From Thalia democratica (Eukaryota): 64,000 bases of DNA. The notes beneath the pieces were generated by a model. That model had not been told where the DNA came from. It did no database searches and saw nothing but the letters and a program-made list of their open reading frames with translations. This document shows positions 1-12,178 of this stretch, piece by piece. Positions within the stretch are counted from its first letter, which is position 1; each line of letters starts with the position of its first letter. A program made the translations under genes and the position numbers. The stretch spans positions 17,484,001 to 17,548,000 of the forward strand of contig OZ241832.1 of the NCBI GenBank assembly GCA_965202585.1, written 5' to 3'.

Positions 1-3000
1 AAAATCTTCTAAAATGAAGCATTAAACAGGATTTACATCGACATTTACAAACTTATTATAAAAAAAATGTTTTCCAACAGTTTTTTTACTACATTAACTA
101 TCCTTAACCTTTAACATACTGTCCACAAGAATTTGTTATACCAACATTTAGTTTCTTTGTTATGCTTTTGATGATAAACAAGACATTAGACAATTGATGA
201 TGATATAAAAAACAAAAGAAAATTAATATCAATTCGATTAACAGGGAGGGACGACAAGCATTGTTACGTCATAAAAACTGAAATATGCTTTAAACAAAGC
301 ATGACTCTTTTCAAGTATTAAAACATACAACAAACATACTTCAAAGTATCAGCAAACCAATATTAAAGTTTATTTGTTTACATTTTAAAACATTGAGAAT
401 TTTTGTAGGTATAAAAACTAAATACGTTAATTACGCCGTAAACTGAGACTAATATGCAAGCATAAGAACGAAATTAAAAACTTGAAGTATACAAACAAAA
501 CTTTTAGTGACATCAGAAAGAAAGATACTTTTAGTCTTCTAATTAATCTGAAAAAAAAATTCAACAGTTTAATTCAGTAGATGAAAACCTTATAATATGA
601 CTCAAAAAAAATACAAATTACATTTCAAAACCTTTTTAGCATATTACGAAAAACTACCGCAAAACAAAGTTAATATTTTCCATCTTGACATCGTTGATAT
701 CAACCACATGTTGTTGTTGTGATACCACATGAAGCACTGTGTTTCATTATGACGTAACAAACAAGACGTATGCGGCGTGTTTATATACATGTATAATTTC
801 TCCTTCTGTATATCGTGCTGCAACTTTCGCAAAAAATACATTTGCTTGCCTTGCAGCAGCCAAAAATTGATCTTAAAACAAGTAAAATATCGAAATGAAA
901 TATCATACGTTACCACTTTTTGTAATAAATTTTGTTTTGATGTTTTAGTTAAATTAAAATCTTAGAAAAGGTAACTGCTAGAAAAAAAGAAAGTAGTACA
1001 AATTATTTTTTTAAGTTCTAAATCATTTTGAAAACTTTATTTGCATTGAATTAAGACAAAAGTAATTTCAAAAAACTGTTAAAAACTCTAGTATAGCCTG
1101 ATAAAGTAAAGATTAAAATATTTCTATAACTTGTAAAACATACTTGTTTTATGATTAGCTTTAAAAACTTAATCAAATTTTAATAAAACAATTTGAAAAA
1201 ACTCAAGTTTAAACTACCAAAAACTAAAATTTTTTGTAATAACAACTGTCAATCTTTGTAAAAACAAAGTCTTTGTGACATCATAAAGCAATATGAACGA
1301 TGCAATAAAAACTTTATAATCACCTTTTGCTATGTGGATATTTGTTAAACGAGTCTTTCAATGTTTTGGCAAACAATTTAGTTGTAAAATTTTTATAATA
1401 ATTTTCAATAACTAGTATAATTTTTAATAGTTTTTAAATTAATAAAATGCTTTATTTAATGACTCATTGCTACGTTTCTGTTAAAAGTAAACTTCTACAG
1501 AACAATCTGATTGTTTTTAGATATATAATTTATTCTCTACACCATATAAAATATATATAGTTGTTTTAAAATAAGGCAATCAACTACATATTTATACTGA
1601 AACGTCACATGAAGCAATATGTTTTATTATGACGTCACACACGAAACGTATGCGGCCACTATATCGCATGGCGAATGCGGCGGATATAGTATCTGTATAT
1701 TTTTTCCTTCTTAATGTTATGCTGCGTTTTTAGTGAGAAATACATTTGCTTGCCTTGCAGCAGCAAAAACTGATCTTAAAATGAGGAATATATCGAAATG
1801 AAATATTATTCGTTACCACTTTTTGTAATAAATTTTCGCTTTTGGTGTTTTAGTTGAAGCAAGACTTGAAAAAGTTAACCCCCAAAAAATGTGATTGAAT
1901 ATTTAAGAAAAAGAGTTCTAACTTATTTTGAAAACAGTCAAAGCCTTGATCTGCTATGAATAAAGTCGGTAACTGTTTGTTAATAACTGTAATGATGTCA
2001 ACAAAATAACCATAAAAATTTTTATAACTTATAATATACTTGATTAAAGCTTAAACCTTAAACTAAATCAAGTTTCTAATAGAAAAGCTTAAAAAAAACT
2101 AGTATAAACCTGTAATTTTTTTTTTGTAGTAACAAAGATTAATCGTTGTAATAACAAAGTGTTTATGACATCATAAAGCACTATGAACGGAGGCAGTTGT
2201 AATGTAATAAAACTTTACAATCACCGTTTGTTTTTTGGATATTTGTTAATATATTTTGACAGCAGTGTTTTGAAAGCTGTTAAAACTAATTTATCTCGCT
2301 CTTACTTGTTGATTTATCACTATGTTTGTTGAAAAGTAAGTTTCGATACGAACTGTTTTATTGTTTTTAGCTGTATAATGTGATAGCTTTATTTTTAAAA
2401 ATGTATAGAATAGTTTCTTGGCTATGTTTACACTAATCATTTAAACTATTAAAACATTTTATGACTCGTTATACTTTTCTAACAAGTTTTATAAAGTTTT
2501 GAAGTCAGGTTTTTAGTTAAAAAATTGTAAGTTTTATTTTAGTGTATATAATTATGTTTAAAATATAGAAAAAAAATGATGATACTGTTTTTAATTTCTA
2601 AAACAAACTAAGAAATATTTAGTAAACGAAACTTAGTTTTGAATACAGCATTAGAGTTATTATTATAAAAAGGTTTAAAATACAGTAATAATGTAATACC
2701 AAAAAAAAAACATCTAATATAACTAATATATATACTATGTCATGTTTCGTATCGACAAAATAAAAAAAAATATAACGGCTATTTAAATAGACTACTCACA
2801 AGAATAATTTGTAGCTGTCTACAAAACTAACTTAAAATTTTAGTTTGCACTGAAACAACTTTGAACTTGTCCATATACTTTGCATATCAAGTTTTAAATG
2901 TTTTAGCTACCAAGTTACTAAAATACGTAAATTTCTAAATGCTTCTTCAGTTTAAATAAATAATAAACTTAGCAAAATAAACACATTTCTCATGACAAAC

Positions 3001-3092
3001 TAAGCCGGACTTCCATGAGGGTAAAGTAAGTAAAAGGAAATAAGTACGAAAAAATACGAAAAAGCTAATGCGTTAGTGACTAGTAAAAGAGC

Positions 3093-3200
3093 GATGTCAC
3101 TTTAGCACGGCGTCAGTTTATCACTGAGTGACACTTTAGTTACACAGAGCGTAACTTTGTCATGAAGTGGCATTTTAACAACGAGTAAAACTTTGAGCTT
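3093..3200. repeat. Shorter homologue of the ~18-bp tandem array (about 6 units)
   Basis: Shares CGTCA.T.TATCACTGAGTGACA.TTTA with 24443-24470 and sits at the equivalent position in U1. Confidence 0.65.
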
Positions 3201-4762
3201 GAGTTTAAACTCTTTTAATTAAAAATACAAAATAATGTAAATTAAGTTAAGTTAAATGTTCAACTGATTATTTTAAAATCATTTTGTTACCAGGTGAAAT
3301 ATTTTTAAAACTTTATATATTGAAGTGGCATAACAAGTTTTCTGTTATACTTTTGTTTCTCATTCACAATAAAAGTGAAAAAAGGCAAGGTGTCTTTGTT
3401 TTTAGTTAATGAAAGTAAAAATGTTAGATGAAGAAACTATTGTTGTTTTCAGAGTTGTTATAAAAAATAAGTCTAATAAAAATAACAGTTCATTAAACAA
3501 CTTAAAGATAAACTCTTAAATTTTTGTTTTATACTTTAAGTAAAAATTTTTAAAAATAACTAGACTTATTTATTTTTATGTTCTAATGGTGAATTAAAAT
3601 GCTTAAATAAATAAATATATATATATATATATATAAATGTGCAATAATTTTAATTTTAGGGGTAAATCGAAAAATTTTCAAAAATTTCAATTAGCACCTA
3701 CTTCGTGAAATTTAGGATTTTTACACTTATGTTAAACACTTTTGATTAAACAACAATTACTTACAGTAGTTAGATTAGTGACTAGTTAGTGCTGACTGTT
3801 TATTTTAAGCTTTGTATGAAATGTCAAAAAAATTAGAAATGTATTATACGTGTTTGCAGTAAGCTTAAAACTATTTTTAATGATGATTAAGTTATTTTTT
3901 TGTGCCCTTTAAACTTTTATTTTCAATGTTTCAATTAGTTAAAACGACTAGGTTTAAAATTTTTAAGTTTGTTTTAATTTTTTTGTTTTAAAAAATTGTT
4001 CTAAAATAAACATTTGTTAACGATAATAAATAAAATTATAAAAAAAAGCTACAAACTTAACAATCACCATAAATATATTATCACTGAGGTTTATAAAATA
4101 AAACAAGTTGCCACACACACTAGCATTACATATAAATGAACCGATGATTGAGTTTTTACGTGTCTTAATTTAAACTCACAAAAAAGGGGGTTTATAATCC
4201 TCCCTTTATAACTCTCTTCAATCATCGAGTAACGCTTAGAATCTTCTTACAAAAAAATTGCACTTGATAGATGAATTCTTGCTGAACTATTAAAAATAGA
4301 TGTATTCGATTTGCCAGCATTAACAATAACTCACAATAAGTTTTCTTGGTTTTTATTTTGCTTCGATTTTTTTTTAATTAGTAATTTGAAAATAACGACT
4401 TTATGCATGAGTTTAAGTTTATCAACAAGCGTACTTAAACTAAATTCATTATAGATCTGACAGACAAAAAACAAGTACACAAAAACGGTGTCTAATTTTA
4501 TTAAAGTAACCCAAGTTAAATCATTTAAAATATATCATATTACGGTTGCTTGCGTATACAAGTATCCAGATCATTTTACAATTTGCGGCTTAAATATTTG
4601 TATTCTGCAAGTTATGCAGCAGTTTGTGCCAAGTTTGTGTTTTGTAAACCTGCCAATAAAGTGAATCCGATCATGTAACATAAAACTAACAAAAGCCATA
4701 ATACTACTATCACACGCGCCAATAAAAAGAAAGCGGTCATCCTACAACATGTAACCATAACA

Positions 4763-5030
4763 CTACAACTTAACACTAAATTGAAACATAATTGAGAGAA
4801 TGTGTGTCTCTTCAAACACAAACAATAGGTACATTCAAAATAATTAAACTTTTAACCTTTTTTATTCTGATTACCAATTTAGTCAGATCAACCAATTAAC
4901 CTATGTGCTCAGCTGTGTGTCTTTTATATCTCGACCAAATATTTCCATAGCAAGAACAAGGTAACTATGCAATTACAACAGCTATGCACATTTTCATTTT
5001 TACTATTTTTCTCCGATAAGCTTGTTAGTA
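4763..5030 (+). promoter_or_regulatory. Block B copy in U1 (candidate donor AAG|GTAACT at 4961)
   Basis: Conserved GTCTCTTCAAACACAAACAA, TAGTCA.ATCAACC, CTCAGCTGTGTG, TTTCCATAG.AA and AAGGTAACTATGCAA. Function is inferred. Confidence 0.4.
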
Positions 5031-6917
5031 AACAAATTTTATCTGCGGTATTATTTTTGCGAAAGGGTTAATCAAAGCCTGCATCGCTCGATTTTAGCGA
5101 GTATAGTTGTTCCATGAGCCAAAAAGATCAAAATGTTCGGCTAGCCTCGTTATTTTGCTGTAAGGAGTAGCTAAGGTGGTAAAAACGAGTAGTTTACTTT
5201 CATTAAAAGTCTCATTAAAATTAGAAAAGCTGATTCATTGTTTTTAAATGAGTTAGTGTTAGTTGGTTACAATTATGAAAAATAAAGGTTTAAAGCAACA
5301 ATTTTACTGTCATTTAATGAAAGAATAGTTACAATGTAAGAAAAAATGTTTAAATGCTAAATGACTGTCAAAATCGATTATATACTTCGACTCTTTTAGA
5401 TAAAAAACTAACGTTAACTTTTGGACGTTTTAATTTCGCGCTTAAATTGATACAAGTTTTCTTGTTTACAAATGAACTTGAACTACTAATGAAATTTGAT
5501 ATTTACTACAAAAGAAATCAATTTGTAAGTTATCTCGCACTTTCTACGTTTCATAACAAAAATGCTATTTAAAAAATAGTTAACTGTTATTTGGTTTACA
5601 AAGTCAAGATTGATGCTAATTTGTTTCACCTTTAAAACTTAAACTTTTACTATCACTATTCATATAGTTATGTTTTTCAAGTTTAACCTTATTTACTAAA
5701 GTAAGTGCAAGATAATTTGTAGTAATAATTAATGTAATATTTACAGGTGTGCACTAATTAAATTTGAAGAATGGTGAAGTTTTTAAACTATATGTAAAAC
5801 ATGAGCTTTAATTATTAACACTTAATTATAATAAATGGCTATTGTAATCATCTCCTACATTAAAAGATAAACTAATTATTAATAAAAGTTGTAATTTGTT
5901 TTTTTATTTTTATTAAAAATAAGGGAAGAGAATTTTACATTTTTATTCGAAATTTGTCGATAATTTAGGCACGTGCCAAATTAAATGTAAACTGTTGAAT
6001 ACAATTAAACCTATGATTTGTAAATTACTTTGATAGTTCATCAATAAGTTTTGTTCAAGTAAAATAAATCGAAGTTTTTCTCTGAAAAAAAAAATATGTA
6101 CATTTTGATAGACTTTTAATATTTTTTCAATGATATTTGTAACTAAACAACTATTAGTTTAACAGCAAATTAGTTACTTGGCAAAGAATACCCGTAGATA
6201 TACGACGGATAAATCTTCTTTACAATAATTTTTCAAATTCAAAAAACAAAGTATGTTTTTGTAAAAATAATTAAGAGCTTTATAAAATGTAAGCAAAGGT
6301 TTCATATGTAAATTAATTAATTAACTTTATATGTTTAGTTAAAATTTGTTTTCACAACTTTTGATCTCTCTTATTTTACCTATAAGCACAGTAATATACT
6401 TTATTTGTATTTAGTGTACTCAAAGCTTATTAAACTTTCAATAGGTGCTTTTCCAAAAGCTTAGGTTGTTAACTAAACATTTCTTACAGTGTTTCTTAAC
6501 TAACTTGTATGCCTTGTTGATAAAAAAAAAAAACAGCTAGCTTATTATGTGCTGTATCAGGTGATATTATGTTTTAAATTTTTACAAAATGAGACTATCT
6601 AAATACGAACTGCAAACAATTTCCATGCTATTTTAATTTTACAGCAATAAAAAACAATAATGATGTTTTGGAAACAGAATTTTGCTACATAAAGTTACAC
6701 ATAAAGAAAATTAAGAGCGCTTGCCAATGTTTAACTACTTCCTTTACGACAATGAAACTTAGTTAGACCTATAAATAAAAACACCTACAAAATTACTTTA
6801 AAAAATATATTTTTTTAAATGATTTAATTATATAAAAAGTTTTGATATTTTAATGGCGAAATAAATAAAAATCCAAATGGGTTTCTATCGTCTCCAAAGT
6901 TATAGAAAAAATATACA

Positions 6918-6931
6918 GTTGCCATGGCGAC
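6918..6931 (-). promoter_or_regulatory. RFX X-box motif (GTCGCCATGGCAAC on the - strand)
   Basis: GTTGCCATGGCGAC at 6918-6931 is a near-palindromic match to the established X-box consensus GTHNYYATRRNAAC. Motif match only. Confidence 0.5.
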
Positions 6932-7034
6932 AAGAAAAAACTGTTGACGGACAGGAAAAGTATTAAATAAAAAAGCGATTTTCAGTTTTTTGTTTTTAAT
7001 GCAGTGTTGCATGCTTTTTAAAAGAAAATTCTTA

Positions 7035-7960
7035 AAAGATGAAAACCAAAGAAACCAAAATAACTTCTTATCTCGAGGTAATTACAAAATGACCAATCGT
7101 CTAAATTTGCCATAAAATAAAATAGAACTTAATACAAAAAAATATTTTGTATTCTACCTTCTCACATCAAGGTCTAAGTAATTGACTATGGTCTTTCTAG
7201 GTTTTGCTGGAAGTTTGATACATTAGCTTAGTCAGAACATTACTTTACTTAGTATTTCAAGCTGTTTTTATTACATTACTGTTTTTTCTATAATAAAAAA
7301 TATTTCTTTTGTAGTTTTTAAACTTTCTAAACAAAAATATCAAAATCTTCTTTGTCCTTGTTAAGCTCATACTTACCTAAATATCGCTTTTAACTATTTT
7401 CTAGTTTTTATCAGTTTAATATTAAAGCGTTTTAACAAAAGTTATGTATTAAAACTTGGTATGAAACTTCATTTTGAGCAAAACAAACATATTTGTTGTT
7501 TATCACCTACTTTATGACCAATTGTAAGTCATATTACTTCAGTAATTTTTTTTAATTGTTGCATATCTCATTACCAATTTCATGGTCAGTAAGAACACGA
7601 TATTTACTTGATGAATGTTCATATCACATCAAACAAACTACATAAAAAAAACCAACATAATGTTTTTGTAAAAACGCACAAAAAAACTTTCAAGGTTCAA
7701 CCTGTAAAAACATGGCACTGACTTTTTTTCTCTGACTGTTATTGTCGGGGTTAACAGTTTAATCTTGATAAGTTAAAATTCCAACATAATATCTTACCGA
7801 TAAATTGTGTGATTGTGAGATGAAAGTAACTACTGTTCATAATGTGTATAAGAGAATTGGCACTTAAACATATGTTTTGAGAGCCTCTTACACACTACAT
7901 GGCTGGCATTTTATCTAGTAACACTTTTACTTGATGCTACTCATAACAATTAAATTTCCA
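7035..7960. repeat. Non-coding blocks homologous to the Flrt intron (55135-56260)
   Basis: The exact 21-mer TTACCAATTTCATGGTCAGTA occurs at 7571-7591, 29222-29242 and 55900-55920. The colinear blocks 'AAGATGAAAA...TCTAAATTTG' and 'AGATGAAAG...TAATGTG' are also shared. Confidence 0.85.
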
Positions 7961-10900
7961 TTTTCAACAGCTTAACAATAGAGAAACATGAAAAATTTTT
8001 AGTTTTGTCGAAGTTTAAAGACTTATGTATGTTATCATAAAACATTACTAACTCGTAAACCAACCTTTTTTGACGATTAATAAGCCAGTATTTATGTGAA
8101 TTTCATTCAGATTGTATATTTTAAAGTATATATTTTACTTACATCGAACAATGTTTTGTTTTTAAATATTATTAATTGAAAATTTATGTCATAGTTATTA
8201 GGAAAAAGCGAATATAATACTTAGGTATTAACAAAACTGTTGTAAAAACGAACAAAGCTAACTTATTTAAATATAAGATATACTTTTTAGATTTTAAACA
8301 TGTTAATTTATAAAAAATATATTGTTTAATAATTATAATGTGAAAACTATAAAAACTTTTAGTTGTTCGAAGTAGCTGATATTAAAAACTATTTTTATAT
8401 TAAATTGTCTATTTTTATTGGAATATTTTTTTTTATTATACTACGTACATTAAGAAATTCTATTAAGCCAAAAATGTGTTAAGTAGTTTTTAAAGCTTTA
8501 AAGTTTTCAGAAAGAAGTACTTTTCGTATTTTTTATTTATTATTATTTTCTTGAATTTTTTGTTTATCACATTTTTGACAAATTAATTTGTATATATAAA
8601 TCTATAATTCAGGCATGTTTTAAAGATAGTTTTTTAGCTTGAAATTTACTGCAAAAGGTTGTTTAATATGTAAAAATTATTAACATGTTGAACGATTTCG
8701 ACATAAAATTTATATAATTCTGATAAATTGTTTTATTAAAGCTACTGCTTACTTTTCATACTAACCTAAGTTGTATTTGTAACACTGTTAAGAAATATGT
8801 TATCTGTATATATAACTGGTCACGACCATACAATTAGTCATAAAACAAAAAATAATTATTGATAGTAGTTTTACTTAACTAATTTTATTAATGATAATTG
8901 TACTAATTTTAACTTCCATTTCAAGTTTAAAAAAAAAATATTAAAAAAGACTAAACGTCGTAAGTGTAATAAAGTTTAAATTTATTTATTATTATTTGTC
9001 TATCTATCAGCTAGTTTCGTCAATCTACACATGTTCACTAACTACTGAGAAAGATTGTACAAAACCTACTAAGTCGTTTTACCTTACCAAGTTCAGGTCA
9101 TATATACTATACATACTTAAGCTTAAAGTATTAACGTATAAGTTGTATAATTTATATGTTAATTATTTCAAATACAATGTACATTTTTTATCAATCTTTA
9201 AAAAAGCTATTTAAAACAAATAATTTTGTGAGAATCATATTCTTTCTTTTAACTTATATTGTTGACAAGTTTTTTTGAACTTTTTTGGCTAAACCTGTTT
9301 ACAGCTAGCTGCTATTTATTAGTATGACATTTTATTTTCTTTAACATCTTTTATGTATATTATGGTTTGTACTTTAATGGTTTGTTTTATTAATTACTGT
9401 TATTTTGAAAGGTTAAGTTTTTGATTTATTGCAATATTATTGTATTTTAAATCTTCACTATATTAAAACTTTTTTTTCAAATTTTTATTAAACGTCAGTT
9501 TCCTATAAGTGAAACAAGTTAAATATTGTTTATAGTAGTAAAAATTATAAATTAAAGTTAAAAGTTATTGTTTTATTCTAGTCAAGACTATTTAAAAAAT
9601 TTAATATTACTTATTATTGTAAAGAGTGTTTGTTATTTAGAAACTATTCATAAAAATTTTTACAGACTTGAAAAAATGAAAAAGAACTAAATACAAACAT
9701 TAGTACATGATAAATACAAATATTTGAAAGAAAATCGATCTAAAAATTAAGCATTTACATCTAGTTGAAAAAACTTGTCTATGAACTGTTAATGTCTGTG
9801 GTGAACTTGATAACATGTTTCAATGTTTGTATTTGCTTGTTTTTATGTTGTTTGAATGAAATAAATTCTCTAATCATAACACATTTGCTGTAGTTTTATA
9901 CATTTAGCCTTGACTTTCCTACATTTATCGAAAACACGGAAAAACTTTAATTCGTTTTATTTTTTGATTCTATTAAACTATTTCTTTTTTTTCATACAGA
10001 ATTTTGTTTTGATATACAGATATAATTTTCAGGGCTTTTTTTTACTTTATGGTTATGATTTATTGTTTTTTTATTGAATAATAAAGTATTTGGTATTGGA
10101 TTTAGTTTAACTTTGTAGTCAGTTATAAGTTGCTATGATATAATTAACAGTTAGATTTTTTATTTATTTATTATTTTTAATTTAGTTAAGTTTACAAAAA
10201 AAAGATTAGTAATACTAATTATAGAAAGTATATTTATAGCGCAGTTGTTAGTTTTAGTTATTATGAACTAATTACACTACTTTGTGTTGACGGGTATAAT
10301 TTAATACCAAATAGTAATTTATTAGTATTCCCAGTAGACATCGATATTCGATACAAGCTTCATTAATGTGTTAAATTCGTCTAAAAACTTTTATTTTAAT
10401 TAGTTTAAACAGTTCAAACTAGTCTTTTGTCAATTTACTTTAACAACCAGTTGCTAAAAATGTTTATTTAACAACTGTTTTTTCATCTTTTTTCAGCATA
10501 TAACTAAGTTAGAATTTTATTGAAGGCTTAAGAGTAATTATTTATAGTGTAAGTGTTATTTGTAACTATTAATTACACTACTTAGTGGTGACGGATATAA
10601 TTTAACACCAGACAGTAATTTGTTTTTTATGTATTCCCAGTAGACATATATATGAACTTCATTAATGTTTTACAATCGTCTAAATTTAGTTTTATTATAT
10701 TTTAATGCATCTACAAAACTTATTCAAGTTTTTAAAATAAACAATTTACACTGGTTGCTAAACATGTTTATTTCCAACAGTTTGTTTGATCTATTTTCAG
10801 CAGATAATTAGAGTAAAATTTTTATTGAAGGCTGCCAAAGTTAATAGTAAACTAAACATTTGTTCTTACTTTAGTACATTGTTTATTTTGTATCTAGCTT

Positions 10901-12052
10901 TCAAGTTACAAGGCTTTCAAGTTTTTTTTTTGTGTGGTATGTTTTTGGCAGTAAACTTAGCATGTGTTTTGTTTTTGAAACTTTTGATCAACAACTTTAA
11001 GTTAAAAATTACAACAGTTTTTTTTTTGCTTTAAAAAAAGTTTTGACACAAAAATTCAGAGTTTTGACATTAACTTTATTAACTTGTAATATGGGCAAGT
11101 CTGTCTATTTTATGTTTGTATCTAAAATTAGCATTTGCATAAAACTAAATGCAAGTTTAATTTTACTAGTTTTCATCTTTAAAAACTTTCACGTATTTAA
11201 AAAAAATAATTTGTTTTAATTACGTTTTAGTTTATAAAGTCGGCGGAAATTTTCATGGCATAGAAAAATTGACTATGCCTTGCTTGAATCTTTGTGGCCA
11301 CTCATCACAACTTGAGCATTAAGGTTTCGATTCTTCCCAAATTGCATGCTGTTTTTTATTTATCAGGTTGTAAAGCTTCTATGTAATTAAAATTTCGCCT
11401 TGCTTCATTTCTAATGTTTTGAAAATTGTTAAAATTGAAACAGCTTGGGTTGGAGATTTTGTTTTGATAAGTTGGCTTTCTTTTAGTGTTTATGTAGGCT
11501 AACATACTTTGCTTTTGTAAACATATAAGTTGAAATAGTATGATTTTAATGTTTAATTTTATTAACATTTATTACTTATGTATGAACACTAAGTGTTACT
11601 GTTTTGAATATATTCATTTAGATATTCATATAACTATGTTTAAAAACTTACAAATGTAAATTACAATGTAAGTTTAAATTTTTTATATATATACTATAAA
11701 CATATTCAGAAACTTATAAGGCTTCGGTTTTAAAGTAATAAATTAATTTAAGACTAACTTGTCTTCAAAGTAGAAAAATAAGATTTAAAGTGAAATAGTA
11801 GATTTTTAACAATTTTTTGTCCGTATTAATTTAAGTTTAAATTACAAATGAGAGCATTTACTTTGAACTTGCTAATTATACTGTTGTAAAACTAACTAAT
11901 TTGGATTACAAAACGTATCCTAAGTAAGTATTAATGATTAAAAAGAAGGTATTTAGTTAATATCATTAACCTAATACTATCAAAACATAATAAAAGCAAT
12001 AATTCAATACTAATATTAACTAATTAATCAAGTCAAAATACAAAAATCTACT

Positions 12053-12178
12053 TTAAAGAGGCGACTTAAGATGTTGCAGTGTTTAGTGTAAACTCGGCAG
12101 GAGAGAAAAATCCAGTTTACAAAACAATAACCCGGAAAATCATTCAAGCGTGAAATGAGCCCCCATATCAGGTTACCT
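12053..12178. other. Highly conserved 126-bp non-coding element (copy in U2)
   Basis: 125/126 identical to 43459-43584. Decayed copies at ~23095-23200 and ~33370-33460. Confidence 0.85.

Larger units (their letters stand above)
1..9000. repeat. Array unit U1: diverged CDS-less copy of the Flrt locus (upstream blocks plus intron-homologous blocks)
   Basis: Colinear with 19400-30000 over many blocks (e.g. 730-860~19480-19610; 4222~25504; 4613~25891). Contains block B (4763-5030), the proximal block (5921-5995) and intron homologues (7035-7960). Boundaries approximate. Confidence 0.8.

Noticed and set aside
4612-4821. Hydrophobic 69-aa minus-strand ORF near block B
   Set aside because: The U3 homologue (25880-26030) has a large deletion and an early stop, so coding constraint is unsupported.
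4915-4935. Minus-strand TATA box (GATATAAAAG) in block B of U1
   Set aside because: Not conserved in the other three B copies (CTTAAATG, CCTTTGATAT).
11356-11505. Colinear ~50-codon minus-strand ORFs in U2 (MLAYINTK...NEARR...) and U5 (42807-42977, MLAYKNLK...NEARR...)
   Set aside because: 27/49 aa identity is about what neutral DNA of this similarity gives. Only 2 synonymous versus ~22 non-synonymous codon differences, no signal peptide, and no third intact copy.
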